The notes beneath the pieces were generated by a model. That model was not told the DNA's origin, ran no database searches, and worked only from the letters and a program-made list of their open reading frames with translations. Shown here one piece after another: positions 24,470 through 30,592 of a DNA stretch of 30,592 nucleotides. Positions within the stretch are counted from its first letter, which is position 1; every line of letters starts with the position of its first letter. Source of the stretch: a virus. Lineage: Duplodnaviria; Caudoviricetes. The position numbers and the translations under genes are program-made. The stretch is from the IMG/VR virus record IMGVR_UViG_3300009442_000023, positions 1 to 30,592 of that record; one strand, 5' to 3'.

Positions 24470-25155
24470 TGGCTACATCAGGAACTACAGCGTTTAACAT
24501 GGACTTCACTGAGATCGCTGAAGAAGCGTTTGAACGTGCAGGACGTGAGATGCGCTCTGGGTATGACCTCCGTACCGCCCGCCGATCTATGAACTTGCTG
24601 ACTATTGAGTGGCAGAACCGTGGCATTAACATGTGGACTATAGATAGTGGCACTATTAACTTAGTTAAAGGGCAGACCCAGTATGACTTGCCCGCAGACA
24701 CTATAGACCTATTAGAACAGCAGATACGCACAGGTAGTGGCAACGCGGCAACACAGTCTGATCTTACCCTAAGTCGTATTAGTGTAAGTACCTACGCGTC
24801 TATCCCTAACAAGTTAACACAAGGTAGGCCCATACAGATGTACATTGAGCGTTTACGCGACGCTCCTAAAGTTAATATGTGGCCTATACCTGACAACAAC
24901 GATTATGTTTTATACTATTGGCGTATGCGTAGGATTGAAGACGCGGGTAGTGGTATACAGACCTCAGATATGAACTTTAGGTTTTTCCCGTGTTTAGTAG
25001 CGGGGTTAGCTTACTATATAGCCATGAAGCTACCTGAAATGACTGAGCGAGTGCCTATGTTAAAAGCTGTGTATGACGAGCAGTTTGAGATGGCCGCAGG
25101 AGAAGATAGGGAGAAGACCTCGGCTAGGTTTACTCCTCGTATAGGGTACGTGTAG
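24469..25155 (+). CDS. Probable head-tail adaptor protein
   Basis: MATSGTTAFNMD...EEAFERAG...WQNRGINMWT...WPIPD...LVAGLAYY. Confidence 0.65.
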   Translation: MATSGTTAFNMDFTEIAEEAFERAGREMRSGYDLRTARRSMNLLTIEWQNRGINMWTIDSGTINLVKGQTQYDLPADTIDLLEQQIRTGSGNAATQSDLTLSRISVSTYASIPNKLTQGRPIQMYIERLRDAPKVNMWPIPDNNDYVLYYWRMRRIEDAGSGIQTSDMNFRFFPCLVAGLAYYIAMKLPEMTERVPMLKAVYDEQFEMAAGEDREKTSARFTPRIGYV

Positions 25156-25157
25156 AC

Positions 25158-25523
25158 ATGGCTAACCAGTTTGCTTCCAGTAATAAAGCCATTGCTTATT
25201 GCGATGTATGTGGATTTCAATACAAACTAAAGGAATTAAAGAGCTTAGTCGTAAAGAATATAGACACTAATATTAAAGCATGTCCTGAGTGTTGGAACGA
25301 AGACCAGCCTCAAAACATGTTGGGTGAGTTTCCAGTACACGACCCACAAGCGTTACGCGATCCTAGACCAGACCAGAGCCTAGGGTATGCAGGAGCCACT
25401 AGTAGCAGAGATATACAGTGGGGTTGGAACCCTGTAGGTGGAGGAGTTGACCCATTTGGATTAACTCCCAATGTATTGTTAATAAATGGTAGTATAGGGC
25501 AAGTCACTGTAACTACCTCATAG
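25158..25523 (+). CDS. Zinc-ribbon (CxxC...CxxC) virion-module protein
   Basis: CDVCG...CPEC...DPQALRDPRPD. Confidence 0.7.
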   Translation: MANQFASSNKAIAYCDVCGFQYKLKELKSLVVKNIDTNIKACPECWNEDQPQNMLGEFPVHDPQALRDPRPDQSLGYAGATSSRDIQWGWNPVGGGVDPFGLTPNVLLINGSIGQVTVTTS

Positions 25524-25533
25524 GAGCATTAAG

Positions 25534-25713
25534 ATGCCAAAAGTAGGAAATAAAGAGTTTGCGTATACAGATGCAGGCAAAGCAGCCGCTAAGAAAGAAG
25601 CCAAGAAGACAGGTAAAAAGATGACTAATGCCTATAAAGAAGGCGGTAAAGTGAAAGTTCGTGGTACTGGAGCTGCGACTAAAGGCTTGTACGCACGCGG
25701 CCCCATGGCATAA
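25534..25713 (+). CDS. 59-aa Lys-rich protein (not in ORF track)
   Basis: MPKVGNKEFAYTDAGKAAAKK...AYKEGGKVKVRGTGAATKGLYARGPMA*; AGGAG RBS. Confidence 0.8.
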   Translation: MPKVGNKEFAYTDAGKAAAKKEAKKTGKKMTNAYKEGGKVKVRGTGAATKGLYARGPMA

Positions 25714-25716
25714 GCT

Positions 25717-26346
25717 ATGAATTACACTGAACTGAAAGTTAATATCCAAGACATTTGTGAAAACACGTTCACAGATGACCAACTCGCTATGTTTACGCAG
25801 CAGGCAGAGCAGAAGATATATAACTCAGTTCAAATACCTGCGCTACGAAAGAATGTTACTGGTACGCTAACCAACGGTAACAAGTACCTAAGTACGCCTT
25901 CTGACTTTTTATGGGCTTACTCTCTATCAGTTATAGACGCTAACGGAGTGTACACTTTCCTGCTTAACAAAGACGTTAATTTTATGCGGGAAGCGTACCC
26001 AAACCCCGCAAGTACGGGGGCACCCAAACACTACGCGTATTTTGATGACAACTCTTTTATTTTAGGGCCAACTCCAAACTCCGCGTACAGCATGGAGTTA
26101 CACTACGGGTATTACCCAGAGTCTATAGTTACAGCGGGCACTACATGGCTAGGAGAAGAGTTTGACTCTGCGCTATTAAACGGCGCGTTAGTAGAAGCAA
26201 TACGCTTTATGAAGGGCGAGCAAGACCTAGTGGCTAACTATACTAATATGTATTTGTTAGCTATGAAACAGTTAGAAAATCTTGGCGATGGTAAACTACG
26301 TGAAGATGCATATCGTTCTGGGCAATTCAGAACTTCAGTTACTTGA
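25717..26346 (+). CDS. Probable head-tail adaptor/tail tubular protein
   Basis: MNYTEL...AEQKIY...G.PKHYA...LGPTP...LLNGALVEA. Confidence 0.65.
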   Translation: MNYTELKVNIQDICENTFTDDQLAMFTQQAEQKIYNSVQIPALRKNVTGTLTNGNKYLSTPSDFLWAYSLSVIDANGVYTFLLNKDVNFMREAYPNPASTGAPKHYAYFDDNSFILGPTPNSAYSMELHYGYYPESIVTAGTTWLGEEFDSALLNGALVEAIRFMKGEQDLVANYTNMYLLAMKQLENLGDGKLREDAYRSGQFRTSVT

Positions 26347-26357
26347 GGAATTAAAAA

Positions 26358-26798
26358 ATGGCTATATCGCAGGCAATGTGTACTTCTTTTAAAATCGCTC
26401 TATTAGACGGAGAGATGGACTTTAGTAGTAACACAGGACAAACTTTTAAGATCGCACTATATACGAGCAGTGCTACGTTAGGCGCAGACACTACCGCTTA
26501 CTCTACAACTAACGAGATAGCTAACGGTAATGGGTACACTACTGGCGGTTACTCTTTGACCATAAGCACAAACCCTACAAATGGAGGTAGTGGTACTACC
26601 GCTTTCCTAGATTTTGGTGACGCTGTATGGTCTAACGCTACTATCACTGCTCGTGGCGCACTTATTTACAAATCAGGCGGTGGTAATCCCGCTGTCGCGG
26701 TACTAGATTTTGGAGCGGACAAAACGTCTACTTCGGGCGACTTTACGGTGCAGTTCCCCGCTGGCGACGCTACCAATGCTATTGTACGTATAGCATAA
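26358..26798 (+). CDS. Tail-module structural protein
   Basis: MCTSFK, FKIALYTS, GYTTGG, ITARGALIY, VLDFGADK. Confidence 0.7.
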   Translation: MAISQAMCTSFKIALLDGEMDFSSNTGQTFKIALYTSSATLGADTTAYSTTNEIANGNGYTTGGYSLTISTNPTNGGSGTTAFLDFGDAVWSNATITARGALIYKSGGGNPAVAVLDFGADKTSTSGDFTVQFPAGDATNAIVRIA

Positions 26799-26809
26799 GG
26801 CGTTAGAGG

Positions 26810-27589
26810 ATGCCGTCTTCTGTTACATACTCTGGATGGGGTAATGGCGCATGGGGGCAAACCTCTTGGGGTACTGATCTAACCGCAGTAATACCTGATG
26901 GAGTAGCGGGAACCACAGCGGTAGGCTCAGTCACTATACTATCGGGTATTACGGTATCCGTTACTGGAGTAGCAGGTACAGCGACTCTAGGCACTGTTAC
27001 AACCGACGCTGACTCTGTAGTTATAGAGACAGGACTTACAGGGATTACCGCCGTAGGCAGTGTAACAGTAGTAGGAAAAGCAGAATTTGCGGTTACTGGA
27101 GTATCGGGAACGGCCTCACTAAGCTCAGTAATAGTAAGAATACCTAAAATAGTACCTGTTACAGGGTTGGCGGGAACGGCCTCAACAGGTACGGCGGCAG
27201 TACAAGCTAAGGCAGTAGCGGGAGCTACGGGGGTATCGGGAACGGCCTCATTAGGTACGGTGGTAGCTAGACTGCCTAAAGTAGTACCTGTTACAGGATT
27301 GGCGGGAACGGCCTCACTAGGAACTGTATTTGTAGCCTTTGGGCAGACAGTATCAGTGACAGGAGTTGAGGGTACTGTAACCCTAGGCACTGTAGATGTT
27401 AGAATACCTAAGACAGTATCAGTAACGGGTGTTTCTGCTGTAGGATATACAAGTACTGTAAACATGTGGGGGCTAGTTAGTACCACACAGAACCCAAGCT
27501 GGGGAAATGTAAACGATGCACAGAACCCAAGCTGGGGAAATGTAAATGACGCACAGAACCCTAACTGGACAAACATAATAGCCGCATGA
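26810..27589 (+). CDS. Repetitive fibre-like protein (22-aa VTGVxGT repeats)
   Basis: GWGxGxWG N-terminus; 66-bp and 33-bp periodicities in the DNA. Confidence 0.75.
   Translation: MPSSVTYSGWGNGAWGQTSWGTDLTAVIPDGVAGTTAVGSVTILSGITVSVTGVAGTATLGTVTTDADSVVIETGLTGITAVGSVTVVGKAEFAVTGVSGTASLSSVIVRIPKIVPVTGLAGTASTGTAAVQAKAVAGATGVSGTASLGTVVARLPKVVPVTGLAGTASLGTVFVAFGQTVSVTGVEGTVTLGTVDVRIPKTVSVTGVSAVGYTSTVNMWGLVSTTQNPSWGNVNDAQNPSWGNVNDAQNPNWTNIIAA
27488..27568 (+). repeat. 33-bp tandem repeat x2.5 (QNPSWGNVNDA)
   Basis: Units start at 27488, 27521 and 27554. Confidence 0.9.
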
Positions 27590-27599
27590 GGCCAATTAA

Positions 27600-29438
27600 A
27601 TGACAACGCAATATACTTCAATACTTAAACTTGCACTACCAGTTCAAGGCGAGCTTAGTGGTTCTTGGGGTGATGTAGTAAACAATAATATTACCTCTAT
27701 GGTGGAGCAGGCTGTCGCAGGCCGCGCGGTAATCAATACGTGGTCTGGGAACTCCCATACGCTAACTAGCGCAAACGGGACTACTTCCGAATCAAGATGT
27801 GCGATGCTAGAGTTTACCGACACAAACACTCAGCTAACTGGCGCAGGAACCGTAGTATGTCCCACAGCCACTAAAATATATATCGCAAAGAATGCCGCTG
27901 GGCAGAACGTAACGCTTAAAACATCCGGGGGTTCTGGCACCCTTATCCCTAACGGGCGCACTATGTTCTTGTTCTGTGACGGGACTAACGTAGTAGAAGC
28001 GGTAACTAGCACTACTTCTTTGCAGTTAGGTACTAGCACTGTAGTAACAGCGGTACTAGACGAAGACAACATGGCTTCAAACAGCGCCGTGTCTCTAGCT
28101 ACTCAACAATCCATTAAAGCGTACGTAGATTCTCAGGTAGGTTCCGCAGATACCTTGTCAGAAGTTCTTGCTCTTGGTAACACTACAGGTGGTACGAACA
28201 TTGTAGTATCTACTAACGATGAGCTTGAGCTACCTGATGGCGCGGAGGGCGCACCCTCCCTCACAAATACTGGCGACACGAACACAGGTATTTACTTTGG
28301 CGCTGCTGATACGGTAAGTGTTACTACTGGTGGTACTAAACGACTGGATGTAAACAGCGCAGGTATTTCTGTAGTAGGTACAGCTTCCGGTACTGCCCTA
28401 GCCGCTACAGGTACTTCCGCAGTCCAAGTGTCGGTGGGTACTACAGCTCAACGACCAGCAAACGGCGCAGGTCAGTTTCGATACAACTCTACGCTAGGTA
28501 AGTTTGAGGGTTACACGACAGAATGGGGCGAAATCGGCGGCGGTGCTGCTGAGTTACTCCTTAATCAGTTTACAGGTAATGGCTCTACAACTGCCTTTAC
28601 TATGTCTTCTTCACCAGTAGAAGCTAACACGCTTGTATATATTGACGGTGTTTACCAGAACAAAACGGCATACTCCGTTGCTAACGACGTTATAACGTTC
28701 TCAGCCGCTCCAGCAAACAATGCGGCTATCGAAGTTACCGCGGCTACAGTAGCCCCCGCAGAGGCTCCAACTACGTTCTCCCTTAGTCAGTTTACAGGTA
28801 ATGGCTCTACAACAGCGTTTACTCTGTCATCTCAATCAGTAGAGAACAACACTGACGCTTACTTTGACGGTGTGTATCAGTCTAAAAGCAACTACACAGT
28901 ATCTGGAACTACTATTACTTTTAGTACGGCTCCCGCAAACGGTGTAGCTGTCGAGGTAATGGCTTCTCAGGGGGTTAGCGTAAGCATAGGCACTCCTGAC
29001 AACAATACTGTTACAACGGCTAAGATCGTAGATAGCGCGGTTACAACGGCTAAGATAGCAGATGATGCAGTTACTGCCGCCAAGATCGCTGACGACGCAG
29101 TAGTTGCAGCCGCTATCGCAGATGATGCCGTTGGAGCTGCCGCGATTGCTTCTGATCCGATAGCTGTGGGCATAACCTCAGTAGTTACAAGCAGCAACAT
29201 AACTGCTACAGTAAACACGCATGTATACGTAGATACGGCTAGCCGAACTATCACCTTACCTGCTTCTCCTTCTATAGGTCAACGGGTGCTTATCACTGTG
29301 GGCAACTTCACTGACACGGTGGTAGGGCGAAATGGGTCAAACATTATGAGTAGCGCATCTAACATGACATTAGATAAAGCATACCTCTCAATTCAATTTA
29401 TATATACAAACTCTACAGTAGGGTGGGCAATGGCATGA
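27600..29438 (+). CDS. Tail fibre protein
   Basis: Mosaic of fibre modules: GTTAQRP/FRYN/FEGY, two FTGNGSTTAFT domains, KIADDAVT repeats, TITLPASP. Confidence 0.8.
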   Translation: MTTQYTSILKLALPVQGELSGSWGDVVNNNITSMVEQAVAGRAVINTWSGNSHTLTSANGTTSESRCAMLEFTDTNTQLTGAGTVVCPTATKIYIAKNAAGQNVTLKTSGGSGTLIPNGRTMFLFCDGTNVVEAVTSTTSLQLGTSTVVTAVLDEDNMASNSAVSLATQQSIKAYVDSQVGSADTLSEVLALGNTTGGTNIVVSTNDELELPDGAEGAPSLTNTGDTNTGIYFGAADTVSVTTGGTKRLDVNSAGISVVGTASGTALAATGTSAVQVSVGTTAQRPANGAGQFRYNSTLGKFEGYTTEWGEIGGGAAELLLNQFTGNGSTTAFTMSSSPVEANTLVYIDGVYQNKTAYSVANDVITFSAAPANNAAIEVTAATVAPAEAPTTFSLSQFTGNGSTTAFTLSSQSVENNTDAYFDGVYQSKSNYTVSGTTITFSTAPANGVAVEVMASQGVSVSIGTPDNNTVTTAKIVDSAVTTAKIADDAVTAAKIADDAVVAAAIADDAVGAAAIASDPIAVGITSVVTSSNITATVNTHVYVDTASRTITLPASPSIGQRVLITVGNFTDTVVGRNGSNIMSSASNMTLDKAYLSIQFIYTNSTVGWAMA

Positions 29439-30232
29439 GTAATTTTTCAGATTTTATAGGTGGTGGCTCTGCGTCATTCCCCACAATATTTTTAAGTAAG
29501 TCCCAGACTTGGGTTCCTCCGCAAGACGGCAACATCTGCATACACGTTATTGGGGCTGGTGGAGGAGGGGCTGGAACTTCTTTAGTTGGCAGGTCTGGGG
29601 CTGCTGGAGGGTACTGCAAGAAAAACACTTTAGCAGTTACTACATCTGGTTCTTTTACTGTTGTTGTAGGTGCTGGCGGTGAGGGTACTAGCAACACTGA
29701 CGCCACTAATGGAGGTAATTCAACGGTAGCAGGTACGGGACTTTCTGCAACCTTAACTGCTAACGGGGGCGAAGGTGGGTTGCTAAACTCAGGAACTCCC
29801 GCAGGTGGCACGGCCTCTAACGGGGATGTAAATAATACAGGTGGTGCTGGACTGTTTTATGGAGGCGGTGGAGCAGTTGGTTTAACAGGAACTGGTCAGC
29901 AAGGCGGTACTACCGCCAGTGTCTATTTTGCGGGAGAATGTGACGTTATTGGAGATTTTTGGTCTTCAACTATGGGGCAGTTAGCTGGTGGAAAAGCAGG
30001 TCAAGCCTCATACCAAAATGGAGACAGTGCGTCAGGTGTAATATTATCTCAAGCTGGCCCTCTTTCTGGAGGTTCTTACAACTTTAAGGGAGGAACTATA
30101 TACGGACAGGTTAACGGGGGGAATGGAGGAATTGGTGCTGGAGGAGGTAGTGCTAAAAACGCAAACAACGCTTCAATGGCGTTAGGTGGTGATGGTGGCG
30201 AAGGTATCGTTGTTATTCAGTACATACCGTAA
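29435..30232 (+). CDS. Glycine-rich tail fibre/receptor-binding protein
   Basis: Start ATG 29435 (ATGA overlap); IGAGGGG...VVVGAGG...GGDGGEGIVVIQY. Confidence 0.7.
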   Translation: MSNFSDFIGGGSASFPTIFLSKSQTWVPPQDGNICIHVIGAGGGGAGTSLVGRSGAAGGYCKKNTLAVTTSGSFTVVVGAGGEGTSNTDATNGGNSTVAGTGLSATLTANGGEGGLLNSGTPAGGTASNGDVNNTGGAGLFYGGGGAVGLTGTGQQGGTTASVYFAGECDVIGDFWSSTMGQLAGGKAGQASYQNGDSASGVILSQAGPLSGGSYNFKGGTIYGQVNGGNGGIGAGGGSAKNANNASMALGGDGGEGIVVIQYIP

Positions 30233-30243
30233 GGAGATATGAA

Positions 30244-30540
30244 ATGAAATACAATATTAAAGATGCTGACGGTAACATCACAAATACCATCACTGCTGAC
30301 GCTGAGTTTGTTGAAGCTAACTTTGAACACTATGAACTGTATGTAGCACCTGCGCCAGCAGAGCCTACAGCAGCAGAAGCTGGCCGCATGTGGCGTGACA
30401 TGGAACTATCGTCTTCAGACTTCATAGTCCCTCTATCAGACCACCCTCAACGTGCAGCTTACATGACCTACCGTACAGCTTTGCGGGATTGGCCCAGCAC
30501 TGATGACTTTCCAGCAACTAAGCCTACTTTAGGAGAATAA
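30244..30540 (+). CDS. Tail fibre assembly chaperone-like protein
   Basis: R.WRD.EL..SD....YRTALRDWP...FP motif. Confidence 0.7.
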   Translation: MKYNIKDADGNITNTITADAEFVEANFEHYELYVAPAPAEPTAAEAGRMWRDMELSSSDFIVPLSDHPQRAAYMTYRTALRDWPSTDDFPATKPTLGE

Positions 30541-30541
30541 T

Positions 30542-30592
30542 ATGTCAGTAACTAAAGTAAGTAGTACGCTGCTTGCAGATAACTCTGTTACA
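30542..30592 (+). CDS. Start of next fibre-like protein (truncated)
   Basis: AGGAG RBS; MSVTKVSSTLLADNSVT. Confidence 0.6.
   Translation, partial: MSVTKVSSTLLADNSVT

Noticed and set aside
27105-27316. CRISPR-like 66-bp periodicity
   Set aside because: The repeats are in frame within a coding gene and reflect a 22-aa protein repeat.
26803-27621. 272-aa antisense ORF
   Set aside because: It is a shadow of the repetitive plus-strand fibre gene and opposes the operon.
27600-30592. Diversity-generating retroelement or invertible fibre cassette
   Set aside because: No reverse transcriptase, adenine-specific TR/VR pair, invertase or flanking inverted repeats are seen in the window.
1-30592. Alternative genetic code
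   Set aside because: Hallmark genes are intact under the standard code, and TAA, TGA and TAG all occur as apparent stops.

Overview
This window is a 30.6-kb piece of a tailed dsDNA bacteriophage genome, probably from an uncultured, podovirus-like phage of aquatic Proteobacteria (host and lineage are inferred). It has two divergent arms. The minus-strand arm (about 12.9 kb down to 1) carries early and replication genes: a DUF3150-like protein, an AAA+ ATPase, a VWA/metallopeptidase, VRR-NUC, DUF3310, a family A DNA polymerase, a Cas4/RecB-like exonuclease, HNH-like and PD-(D/E)XK nucleases, and the start of a probable helicase. The plus-strand arm (13.3 kb to the end) carries morphogenesis genes: terminase, portal, a GroES-like protein, scaffold, major capsid protein, a cluster of small Lys-rich proteins, head-tail adaptors and tail fibres. 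Between the arms is a control region with a consensus sigma70 promoter, an AT-rich origin-like segment (GTAACA repeats and an IHF site), AACTGGTATC repeats and nested palindromes. The most notable unexplained signals are: (1) a ~410-nt densely base-paired minus-strand RNA candidate upstream of the nuclease/helicase genes; (2) a double-pseudoknot RNA downstream of the capsid gene; (3) a repeated palindrome+RBS cassette in front of early genes; (4) a family of small basic proteins sharing an MRxYY leader and [YM]xxGG motifs. All family assignments come from motif recognition by eye, not from database searches.
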